DNA of 39,041 bases from a virus. Lineage: Duplodnaviria > Caudoviricetes. A program made the translations under genes and the position numbers. The DNA lies in the IMG/VR virus record IMGVR_UViG_3300016476_000446, positions 1 through 39,041 of that record; one strand, given 5' to 3'. Shown piece by piece: positions 23,934-32,700 of this stretch (its first letter is position 1; every line of letters begins with the position of its first letter). The notes below the pieces were generated by a model, which saw nothing but the letters and a program-made list of their open reading frames with translations, searched no databases and was not told the origin of the DNA.

Positions 23934-24955
23934 ATACAACTAAAAAGCGCATCGGGTTTGCTTGCAAGTACATGCATCACGATCAGACTCTTTCAGCAAA
24001 ACTGTTGGAGGAGAAACAACGACTTCTTACAGAAAAGTCCACAACTCTTGCTTGGCTCAACCGTCAAAAGAAGTCAGTTGCTGAGGATAAACTGTGGGAA
24101 ATCATGCAGCACAACACTCGTGCAGCATACAATCTTGTAAAATATGTTGGGAGTTTACCTAATGAGTTACGTATGGTACGTCTCGGTTCAAATCAGCTGC
24201 CTGTTTATACTGAGCCATCTTGGAGTTATTTTTGGCGCCAAACGGATGTTATTAACTATGCCGCTAGAGAGTATAGTAAAGTGGGTGACCTTGCACGTAG
24301 CCTTGATGTTCGCATGTCTATGCACCCTGGTCAGTTTACCGTTCTTGCTAGTGATAATCCAGATATTGTAAGCCGTAGTATCGAAGAGTTTGAATACCAT
24401 TGTGACTTGATTCGTTGGATGGGTTTCGGCAAAATCTGGCAAGATTTCAAATGCAACGTTCATATCAGTGGTAGACAAGGACCGCAGGGTATTATTGATG
24501 TTCTACCCAAACTTAGCCCCGAAGCCAGAAATGTAATTACTATTGAGAATGATGAAAACAGCTGGGGGTTGGACGCTAGTCTTGAACTCGAGAAGCATGT
24601 TGCATTGGTCCTCGACATTCATCATCATTGGTGTAAAACTGGTGAATACATCGAGTCAAATGATGATCGAGTCAAGCGTGTAGTAGACAGCTGGCGTGGT
24701 CATCGTCCAGTTATCCATTACAGTGTGAGTCGAGAAGATTGCCTAGTTGACCATGACAAAAACATCAGGCCCGACTTTGCGGATCTACTCACAAACGGTC
24801 ACAAAAAGGCCAAACTTAGAGCACACAGTGACTATTACTGGAACACTGCTGTAAATGAATGGGCATTAAGCTTCTGGGATATTGCTGACATCATGTGTGA
24901 AGCAAAGATGAAGAATCTTGCCAGCATCGAGTTGTATGAACATGCAGTTCGATGA
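23930..24955 (+). CDS. uvsE: UV damage endonuclease
   Basis: RIGFACK, RMSMHPGQF, NVHISG, TIENDE, LDIHHH, HYS, RAHSD and MCEAKMK motifs. Confidence 0.95.
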   Translation: MNTTKKRIGFACKYMHHDQTLSAKLLEEKQRLLTEKSTTLAWLNRQKKSVAEDKLWEIMQHNTRAAYNLVKYVGSLPNELRMVRLGSNQLPVYTEPSWSYFWRQTDVINYAAREYSKVGDLARSLDVRMSMHPGQFTVLASDNPDIVSRSIEEFEYHCDLIRWMGFGKIWQDFKCNVHISGRQGPQGIIDVLPKLSPEARNVITIENDENSWGLDASLELEKHVALVLDIHHHWCKTGEYIESNDDRVKRVVDSWRGHRPVIHYSVSREDCLVDHDKNIRPDFADLLTNGHKKAKLRAHSDYYWNTAVNEWALSFWDIADIMCEAKMKNLASIELYEHAVR

Positions 24956-25211
24956 ACAAACCTCAGAGGAAATATACTACGAAAACGAAGATCCTAGGGT
25001 CTGGGGTGAGATTGATCTCAAACGCAGAGTGGTGTCAGTGTCTCAAGTAATATGTTTACGCCCGTTTGAGCGGTGTTGGGATTCTAGTAAACGTTTGTTC
25101 TTGAAAAAGTGTGTAAAGGTTACTTGTGCAATATACGGACCGGGTGAACCAGTTTACACATTTTATTATTTTGAACCTAAAAGATGGACACTGAGACTAC
25201 TAAAACAATAA
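24942..25211 (+). CDS. Hypothetical protein
   Basis: Overlaps the uvsE stop; IYGPGEPV segment. Confidence 0.6.
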   Translation: MQFDEQTSEEIYYENEDPRVWGEIDLKRRVVSVSQVICLRPFERCWDSSKRLFLKKCVKVTCAIYGPGEPVYTFYYFEPKRWTLRLLKQ

Positions 25212-25214
25212 ATA
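25207..25214 (+). promoter_or_regulatory. T4-late-like promoter box
   Basis: AATAAATA, 4 nt before ATG 25219. Confidence 0.6.
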
Positions 25215-25218
25215 GTGT

Positions 25219-25530
25219 ATGAGCTATTTACATCGTATGTATGGCGGGAAAACAACCCCGTCCCCTGAATCAAATAAAAACTCCAATAGAGTACTTGGTG
25301 GTCTACGCGGCCAAGGCGCGGATCACTATTCAATACTTGGTGAAGATGGAGTTGAACGCAGTGTACCAACACAAAAGTATGTTCAAGGTCTTGAACAAAA
25401 GATAAGAGAACAAGACACACGAATAAGTGTATTAGAAAAAAGATTAAGGAGCCTTTCTAATGAACAACGAAATTCTAATTCAAGCCAAAGAGTGGCTATC
25501 CAAGCGTTTAAAAGAACGGACGACCTATGA
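25219..25530 (+). CDS. Late coiled-coil protein
   Basis: NRVLGGLRGQG...YVQGLEQKIREQ. Confidence 0.7.
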   Translation: MSYLHRMYGGKTTPSPESNKNSNRVLGGLRGQGADHYSILGEDGVERSVPTQKYVQGLEQKIREQDTRISVLEKRLRSLSNEQRNSNSSQRVAIQAFKRTDDL

Positions 25531-25654
25531 TGGTGCAGTAATGGTTGGGGCTGGGGTTGCTTATCTAATAGCTAAACCCATAGCATCACTCATCGCATAT
25601 GCTGCTATTGCATATGGAATTTGGACTATTTGGAAAAAAGAAACTGAAAAATAA
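25460..25654 (+). CDS. Small membrane protein
   Basis: AAGGAG SD; RLKERTTYDG...AIAYGIWTIWKKE. Confidence 0.7.
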   Translation: MNNEILIQAKEWLSKRLKERTTYDGAVMVGAGVAYLIAKPIASLIAYAAIAYGIWTIWKKETEK

Positions 25655-25821
25655 TGAATTGGATCGAAATCGATAAAATTTTATTAGATTTGTATGATAA
25701 ACATTATGAGAAAAGTCCGGATGCTTTTATAAAGGCAGCTATGAAACGATTCAGTTGGGAAGAAAAACAAGCAAAAGACAATACTGAATTTATTGTAAAG
25801 CAAAAATCCAAAATGCTATAA
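25654..25821 (+). CDS. Hypothetical protein (55 aa)
   Basis: TAATG coupling; MNWIEIDKILL... Confidence 0.55.
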   Translation: MNWIEIDKILLDLYDKHYEKSPDAFIKAAMKRFSWEEKQAKDNTEFIVKQKSKML

Positions 25822-26103
25822 TCTTCCTACCGGAAGTTCACTACTAGCAGGAATGTCCCAAACCTTTTTACGCTCAACGCCCTTGCGTTGGGCGAATTTC
25901 TTTGAGTTGCAATCACCACACACATGAAAATAGTTGTTACTCAGCCGTTTAGGATCCATGTTTCCACGATTTCTGGTAAATTCTTTTCCACAATTATCAC
26001 AAAAAAAGTGTACAATCGTTCGAGTTCGTGTATAATTATGTTTGACACCAGTCTTGCTTGTTCGGCAATGCTGTGTTACTTCATATGTTTCTTTAATAAA
26101 CAT
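25816..26103 (-). CDS. Zn-binding basic protein
   Basis: CDNCG...HVCGDC; late box CATAAATA (26115-26108) 4 nt upstream. Confidence 0.75.
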   Translation of the reverse strand: MFIKETYEVTQHCRTSKTGVKHNYTRTRTIVHFFCDNCGKEFTRNRGNMDPKRLSNNYFHVCGDCNSKKFAQRKGVERKKVWDIPASSELPVGRL

Positions 26104-26107
26104 ATGA

Positions 26108-26148
26108 TATTTATGTCACATTAAGATTATAGAATTTTACGATAAATA
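26108..26148. promoter_or_regulatory. Divergent pair of T4-late-like promoter boxes
   Basis: CATAAATA on - strand (26115-26108) and GATAAATA on + strand (26141-26148). Confidence 0.55.
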
Positions 26149-26163
26149 TTAGAGAGGTAAAAA

Positions 26164-26526
26164 ATGACTATTTGCACGATAACCGAAAATGCCAAAATCC
26201 AAATCAACAAACTATGTGAAGAACATGGTGTATATGGAATCAGCCTAAACATAAAGGGTGGCGGGTGCGCCGGGTTTGAGTATGACTGGGGAACTGTTGC
26301 CACAGAACAAGACGTTGAAAAAAACGACACTGTTATGTCAACAGGAACAGGTAACTTTATTATAGGTGCTTCTAGCTTAATGTTCTTATTTGGAACAGAA
26401 GTAGATTACATAAAAAGTTTAACCGGTAGTAACTTTGAAATAAACAACCCAAATGCCAAAAGCAGTTGTGGATGTGGCGTAAGTGTAAATTTTGATATGG
26501 ACATGTTACCAGATATACATTTTTAA
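26164..26526 (+). CDS. iscA: Fe-S cluster assembly accessory protein (IscA/HesB family)
   Basis: GGGCAGFEY and NPNAKSSCGCGVS motifs. Confidence 0.92.
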   Translation: MTICTITENAKIQINKLCEEHGVYGISLNIKGGGCAGFEYDWGTVATEQDVEKNDTVMSTGTGNFIIGASSLMFLFGTEVDYIKSLTGSNFEINNPNAKSSCGCGVSVNFDMDMLPDIHF

Positions 26527-26538
26527 TGGAGTTTAAGT

Positions 26539-29500
26539 ATGGCAAGACAAGTTGTAGACATTGGCGTTGAAGGCAACGACGGAACTGGTGATAGCATTCG
26601 TGAAAGTTTTCGTAAAACAAACGAAAACTTCCGCGAACTATACGCAGTATTTGGTCAAGGTGCCCAGATTGGGTTCACTAACCTAAATGACACCCCAACT
26701 TCCTATGTGAACCAGGGAGGTAAAGTCACACTTGTCAATCCAGACGAATCAGGGCTAGGATTTTATGAACTGGTTTCTGACGCTGGAACTAATGACCCCA
26801 ACGATCCTAATAATAGTATAACTTTTGAAATAGATGGTAGCAAACTAAAAGTAAGTGCAGCGAATACTAAACTTAGCCAAGACCAACATCCTGATTTGGG
26901 AGCACCACTAAATGCTGCTGAGGTTATAGCATACGACAATACTACCAACTCCAAATTACTTAACACTGGTGCTGGATTGAACATTGACAGTCTAGTATCA
27001 GATTGGAACAGTGTTCATTCTGAAATATCACCGATAACAACTAGTAATATACTAGTTAGCAAAGGTTATACAGACCAGAATTACGTTAGTTTGAGTGGTG
27101 ACACTATGACAGGACCACTAGTAGTCCCTGCAAATGCTATTGGCACACAAGTTCCAAGAAGAAATGAAGTTGTTGGATTAGCTGGTGATACTATGACTGG
27201 GTTCTTGACACTCAGTGGTGACCCGTCTAGTGACTTACACGCAGCAACAAAGCAATATGTGGACAACAACAGTTTCAGCAGCACAACTAACTACTATGTA
27301 AGTAAAACTGGACGCACGTATAGTGAAATGGTATCGGATGGTGTACCAACGTCTAAAATCGGGCGTGGATTAGCTTATGCATTTAGTACTATTGGAGAAG
27401 CTTGCTACTATGCAGAAGAAGTAGTGTTTAACTCAAGTGTTGAACTTGGCCCATACGCACAACCAATTACTGTAAATGATGCAGCATCTTTAGCTGTGAC
27501 TGATGCAACTCCATTAGTTAGCACTGGTACTTATAGCAGACTTAGAATAGTAAACAACACCGGACTACACGTTGACCAAGGCGACCCAGCTAACTTGGAT
27601 CTCATACCTGGCAAGGTCATAGTTGGAAAGATTAGCGGCGCGCGAGGCATGATTGCTGGATATGTTGGTCCGAGCGGGCTAGTAGACCTTGTTGATCTTA
27701 ACATGGTTGCTGATGCACAGATTGCAACAGTTTCAAGAAACTCAAATATAGCCACAGTTGTAACAAGTAGCGCACATGGTTTAACAACTGGTACTACAGT
27801 AGTTATAAACTGTTCCGATAATACATATGACGACCTTGATGGGGTGTCAATCACTGTTGTTTCATCAACATCCTTTACATACAGCAATACTGGCGCGAAC
27901 AGTGCATCAGCTTCCGCCAGTGGAGTAGTTGCAAAAGCATTTACTGCTGGTGAAAATCTGTATTTTGATCACATAGTTCCCACAGAACAAGTCACAATTT
28001 TTGTTGAAAGTGGTGAATATGAAGAAGATTTTCCAATACGTGTGCCACAAAATACAAGTATAGTTGGTGACGAACTTAGAAGGGTTATTGTAAAACCGCG
28101 TGACCGCGTTAGCCAATCACCCTGGAACAAGGTTTATTTTTACAGAGACACTACTATTGACGGATTGACTACTGCTAGTCAAAACTATGGGTATCATTAC
28201 CTTTCAAATCCTGGATTAAGAACATCAACTGCCAGAAACAACAAAGAACTTGACTGCTTCATGATGAATGATGCAACAAGCCTTGTACACTTAACTGTTA
28301 TGGGCCACGGTGGTTTTGCCGTAGTACTTGATCCAGAAGGTCAAATTAAAACCAAGAGTCCATATATCCAGGGATGCAGTAGTATAGCAGCAAGCCAAAA
28401 CAAAAAGACATTCAGTGGTGGAATGTTCATAGATGGGTTCTCATCAAGGATTCCAGTCACAGTCACCACGAATTACACTGGGGCTACCCAAATTGTTGTT
28501 ACAGGGCCAGCAGCAAAACTCACAAGACCATTTACTACAGTCACTAGCATACTTCCGAAGACACCAACAAGTTTCTACGTAAGGGGTGTGAGGTATCAGG
28601 TAAACAACATATTGTCATATACTGGTGGTACTGACATTCTCCCAATAACTACATTGACTTTGACATTGGGGACTGCTTATACTGGATCAACTAGTGACGT
28701 TTTGACTCTTGAAACTGCTGGAAACAAGAGTGTATTGGCTACCCACTTTACCCAAATAAATGATTTAGGTTATGGTTGTGTGGCCACTAACAACGCTCTT
28801 CTTGAACTAGTTAGTATTTTCACATATTACAACCATACTGCGTATTATAGCCTAAACGGTGCTCAAATAAGATCTGTAAACGGGTCTAACGCACATGGAT
28901 TTTATGGTTTAAAAGCAGAAGGCAGTGACCCTCTTGAAATACCACGACCAATAAAGTTGCTTGACAATCCTATTCAGATTGCAAGAATTTTCAAACGTGG
29001 TGGCTTTAGTGGCAGTTCATATAATTCTGCAAACAGCAGTTCTATAATAATTTCAGATTTCACTAGCATTCCTTACAGTATAACCGAGTTTGAAGTTTAT
29101 CATCCGATTGCTGGAAAAACTGCATACGTTGCGTCAAATGCAACTATGGTAAAAAGCACAGTTGGTATATCTACTATATCAAGAAGTACAAACGTAGTGA
29201 CAGTTGTTACATCAACCACACACGGATTAAGCACTGGAAACAGTGTTGTAATTGAAGGGGTTAGTGGTGGATCTACAGCGTTTAACGGTACATTCACAGT
29301 AACAGTTACCAACACAACTACATTTACATATGCACAAACTGGTTCAAATGAATCCGGAACAGGCGGTACTGCTACTCTAAACCAAAAGCTAGTAAGATTA
29401 AACATGGGTACTGGATTAGACGGAAACTCATCTCAAATAGTTGAAGATCTAAATGACGGTGATTACGTTGTCCTAAGAGCAAATCAAAACTTTAAGTTCT

Positions 29501-32001
29501 CAGGTGATTTTTCGTCAATCAGCACACGCCCATCAACTGCATTAGAATTCAGTAATGACGGCGATGATAGAACTTATAGAACTATATCACTTGAAACAAC
29601 TTATTATGACAACACACGCCTTCCAGCAAGTGCATTTTATGGTTCCAGTGAATCTATAACACCAAATAATATAATTTCAATAGATACTAACTTTAACTAT
29701 ATAAGTTTAACGCCAGTTGCACAAGCAACAGGTGGAGCAACAAGCATTGTTATAGGTAACCTATCTTCAACTGATGCAGCAAGAGTTGTTGGCTACCAGT
29801 TTGGTTGGGCTGATTCAAACGTAAGCCAAAAAGGATTTATAAGAAGAATAACTGGGTATACTGCTGATACACCAACCACCGGCCAGGCAACTATAACCTT
29901 AGATTCAGCACTTCCTAGCAATACTCTTATCAAAGTAGCGGATACTATAACTGCTGGTATACCAAAGTCGCAGTCTACTACACTTACTACTGCTATAACT
30001 TCCGGGTCAACACCAACTACTATAAGTTTGACAAACAGCTCAACGTTTGCTACCAGTGGGTATGTTCAAATAAACAATGAATATTTTAAGTATACTGGAA
30101 ACAACCGTAGTACAAACGTACTTAGTGGAGTATCTAGAGCGCAACTTGGGTCATTGGCACAAGGTCATAATATAAGTGACACTGTTACTGAACTAAGTGG
30201 ATTGATAACTACAAACATTTCTACAACTAGGGCAACTGGCCACGATTTTCTTAACATAGGAACTGGTGGGTACAACACTAGCAACTTCCCTGGAAACATT
30301 TTTGGTGAACCAGTTGAAAGTAAAGTTGATACAAACAGTGCTGTTGACAGTAACGGCACAAATCCAAAAGCTGAAGTACAGGAAAAAAGCAAGGGAAGAG
30401 TGTTCTTTGCAAGTACCAACCAGGATGGGTTCTTCCGTGTGGGTAGGTTCTTTACCGTTGACCAGGGTACTGGTACTGTTAGCTTCAATGCAAGCATTGT
30501 ACTAAGCAACATTGACGGTCTTGGGTTTAAGCGTGGTGTTGCAATATCTGAATTTAGCAATGATAGTTCAATGCCCGATCTGGGGGATGCTGTACCAACT
30601 AGTTCTGCTGTAAGAGCATATATTAGCCGAAGATTGGGATTTAACGATGCCGGTGCTGTTGACTTAAATCCAATAGGACCAGGTGCGTTAGCAAAGGACG
30701 GTCATGCTGCAATGACTGGAAACTTGCAGATGGGTGGTTTCAAAATAACAAACGTTGACGCTCCATCTTCTGGTACAGATGCTGCAAACAAAAACTACGT
30801 TGACGCAAAAGTTGCCGAAAAGGATACACTTGCTGAAATGAGTGATGTTACTCTCACTACTCCGGCAAATGCAAACTTCTTAGTGTTTACTGGAACTGGA
30901 AACAATACTGTTAACGCAGCACTCAATGGCGATATTACTGTTACCCGTTCAGGAAACACACTTACTGCAAGTATAACTACTAACAGCATAGTCAATGCTG
31001 ACATAAATGCAAGTGCGGCGATATCACAAAGCAAGTTGTCATTAAATGCAGCCACAACTCGTGCTAACGCAACTGGCATAACACAGGGTGACTTAGGTGT
31101 TGCCGCGTTTAACTCAACTGAATTTGCATCAACCAGTGGTTGGATATCATTAGCTGCCGGTGGTATTGCTACTTCAAAACTTGCAAGTAGCAGTGTTACA
31201 ATAGGTAGCTCGTCAGTGTCACTTGGTGGAACCTTAACTACTATAGCCGGATTGTCAAGTGTTAGTTCAACAGCATTTACTGGAACACTAACTGGGGATG
31301 TAACTGGTAACCTAACAGGAAATGTAACTGGTAACGTAACTGGTACAGCAGGGTCTGCAACTAACGTAGATGTAAGAGCACGGAACAGTGATGTTGCAGT
31401 CCATTATATAACATTTGCGACAGCCGTTAGCGGTAGCCAACGTATAAACACTGACACTGGTCTAACATTTGTACCAAGCACAAACGAATTGACTGTCCTT
31501 GGAAACATTGTACCAGGGGCAAACAATCCAACAGACAGTGGATCGAATCTAGGAAGTGCCACTAACAAGTGGAATACCGTGTATGCAACAGTGTTTAACG
31601 GTACTGCTACTCAAGCACAGTATGCCGACTTGGCAGAAAATTACTTGGGTGATGCGTTCTACGAACCAGGAACTGTCTTAGTATTTGGTGGTAACCAAGA
31701 AGTTACAACAACTGTTGTAAAAGGTGACCGGGCAGTTGCAGGTGTAGTGACTACTCATCCAGCACACTTGATGAACAGCACTTTGCAGGGTGACTACGTA
31801 ACTGGAATTGCATTACAGGGAAGAGTTCCAACAAAAGTAATTGGCAAAGTCAACAAGGGTGACATAATAGTGTCCAGTGCTATCCCAGGGTATGGCATTG
31901 TTGACAACGATCCAAAAGTAGGGTCAATTATTGGAAAAGCAGTTGGTGTGAAAACTGATGACGGTCGTGGCGTAGTGGAAGTGGTTGTTGGCAGGAGTTA
32001 A
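26539..32001 (+). CDS. Large tail fibre / baseplate-associated structural protein (1820 aa)
   Basis: N-terminal IGVEGNDGTGDSIRESF motif; GDTMTG and AATKQYVD fibre motifs; Thr/Ser/Gly-rich; C-terminal YADLAENY...IALQGRVP chaperone-like domain. Confidence 0.85.
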   Translation: MARQVVDIGVEGNDGTGDSIRESFRKTNENFRELYAVFGQGAQIGFTNLNDTPTSYVNQGGKVTLVNPDESGLGFYELVSDAGTNDPNDPNNSITFEIDGSKLKVSAANTKLSQDQHPDLGAPLNAAEVIAYDNTTNSKLLNTGAGLNIDSLVSDWNSVHSEISPITTSNILVSKGYTDQNYVSLSGDTMTGPLVVPANAIGTQVPRRNEVVGLAGDTMTGFLTLSGDPSSDLHAATKQYVDNNSFSSTTNYYVSKTGRTYSEMVSDGVPTSKIGRGLAYAFSTIGEACYYAEEVVFNSSVELGPYAQPITVNDAASLAVTDATPLVSTGTYSRLRIVNNTGLHVDQGDPANLDLIPGKVIVGKISGARGMIAGYVGPSGLVDLVDLNMVADAQIATVSRNSNIATVVTSSAHGLTTGTTVVINCSDNTYDDLDGVSITVVSSTSFTYSNTGANSASASASGVVAKAFTAGENLYFDHIVPTEQVTIFVESGEYEEDFPIRVPQNTSIVGDELRRVIVKPRDRVSQSPWNKVYFYRDTTIDGLTTASQNYGYHYLSNPGLRTSTARNNKELDCFMMNDATSLVHLTVMGHGGFAVVLDPEGQIKTKSPYIQGCSSIAASQNKKTFSGGMFIDGFSSRIPVTVTTNYTGATQIVVTGPAAKLTRPFTTVTSILPKTPTSFYVRGVRYQVNNILSYTGGTDILPITTLTLTLGTAYTGSTSDVLTLETAGNKSVLATHFTQINDLGYGCVATNNALLELVSIFTYYNHTAYYSLNGAQIRSVNGSNAHGFYGLKAEGSDPLEIPRPIKLLDNPIQIARIFKRGGFSGSSYNSANSSSIIISDFTSIPYSITEFEVYHPIAGKTAYVASNATMVKSTVGISTISRSTNVVTVVTSTTHGLSTGNSVVIEGVSGGSTAFNGTFTVTVTNTTTFTYAQTGSNESGTGGTATLNQKLVRLNMGTGLDGNSSQIVEDLNDGDYVVLRANQNFKFSGDFSSISTRPSTALEFSNDGDDRTYRTISLETTYYDNTRLPASAFYGSSESITPNNIISIDTNFNYISLTPVAQATGGATSIVIGNLSSTDAARVVGYQFGWADSNVSQKGFIRRITGYTADTPTTGQATITLDSALPSNTLIKVADTITAGIPKSQSTTLTTAITSGSTPTTISLTNSSTFATSGYVQINNEYFKYTGNNRSTNVLSGVSRAQLGSLAQGHNISDTVTELSGLITTNISTTRATGHDFLNIGTGGYNTSNFPGNIFGEPVESKVDTNSAVDSNGTNPKAEVQEKSKGRVFFASTNQDGFFRVGRFFTVDQGTGTVSFNASIVLSNIDGLGFKRGVAISEFSNDSSMPDLGDAVPTSSAVRAYISRRLGFNDAGAVDLNPIGPGALAKDGHAAMTGNLQMGGFKITNVDAPSSGTDAANKNYVDAKVAEKDTLAEMSDVTLTTPANANFLVFTGTGNNTVNAALNGDITVTRSGNTLTASITTNSIVNADINASAAISQSKLSLNAATTRANATGITQGDLGVAAFNSTEFASTSGWISLAAGGIATSKLASSSVTIGSSSVSLGGTLTTIAGLSSVSSTAFTGTLTGDVTGNLTGNVTGNVTGTAGSATNVDVRARNSDVAVHYITFATAVSGSQRINTDTGLTFVPSTNELTVLGNIVPGANNPTDSGSNLGSATNKWNTVYATVFNGTATQAQYADLAENYLGDAFYEPGTVLVFGGNQEVTTTVVKGDRAVAGVVTTHPAHLMNSTLQGDYVTGIALQGRVPTKVIGKVNKGDIIVSSAIPGYGIVDNDPKVGSIIGKAVGVKTDDGRGVVEVVVGRS
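31279..31344 (+). repeat. 12-nt-period coding repeat (TG-x-[LV])n
   Basis: TGTLTGDVTGNLTGNVTGNVTG. Confidence 0.8.
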
Positions 32002-32014
32002 TACTTGCCAACAC

Positions 32015-32022
32015 AATAAATA
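32015..32022 (+). promoter_or_regulatory. T4-late-like promoter box
   Basis: AATAAATA followed by GGAG SD. Confidence 0.6.
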
Positions 32023-32040
32023 TATAAAACGGAGAATAAT

Positions 32041-32691
32041 ATGGCCCTACAATCAATAAACCTTGGGAACTTGGCAAACGACGGAACTGGTGACGACCTA
32101 CGCACCGCATTTGAAAAAGTAAACTATAACTTTGCAACATTGGAAATAGCCGCATCTGACTTAACTGGTGCTACCAATTTGGGCACAACTGGTGGTGACG
32201 TTTTTAAGGAAGTAGTTGACCGAGATCTTAAATTTAGAAGAATTTTAGGTGCTAACGGCATAACAGTATCAAACACCGATACAGCAGTAATAGTAACAGG
32301 CTATACAATACCACAAACTATATTGTCAGGTGATAACGGAAGTTTGCTTTTTAGTCCAGGTGACACTATTAACATAAATGGTGCAACTAACATTAGTGTG
32401 GGAATTGACAATAACACAAAAACAATAACAATTAATGGTAGTTTGACTACATTAGACCAAGACTTGGATGCCAGTGGAAACAGTATAACAAACATAAAAA
32501 ACATAAATGGTATAGATTGGGACGCTGAAATAGCAGCACTGTTTAAAAATATAGACCTTGGCAGAATACCAGCAAACATTACATCATTTATTGATTATTT
32601 AAGAAGCGTTTATGATGTGGATATGGGCACCATTACTTCCCCAAACATTACTGTCATAGATTTTGGTCCTTCTGGATCATTTGTAGGGTAA
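32041..32691 (+). CDS. Baseplate/tail-fibre connector-like structural protein
   Basis: INLGNLANDGTGDDLRTAFEKVNYNF, resembling the T4 gp9/gp10 N-terminal motif. Confidence 0.75.
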   Translation: MALQSINLGNLANDGTGDDLRTAFEKVNYNFATLEIAASDLTGATNLGTTGGDVFKEVVDRDLKFRRILGANGITVSNTDTAVIVTGYTIPQTILSGDNGSLLFSPGDTININGATNISVGIDNNTKTITINGSLTTLDQDLDASGNSITNIKNINGIDWDAEIAALFKNIDLGRIPANITSFIDYLRSVYDVDMGTITSPNITVIDFGPSGSFVG

Positions 32692-32700
32692 GGAATTAAA

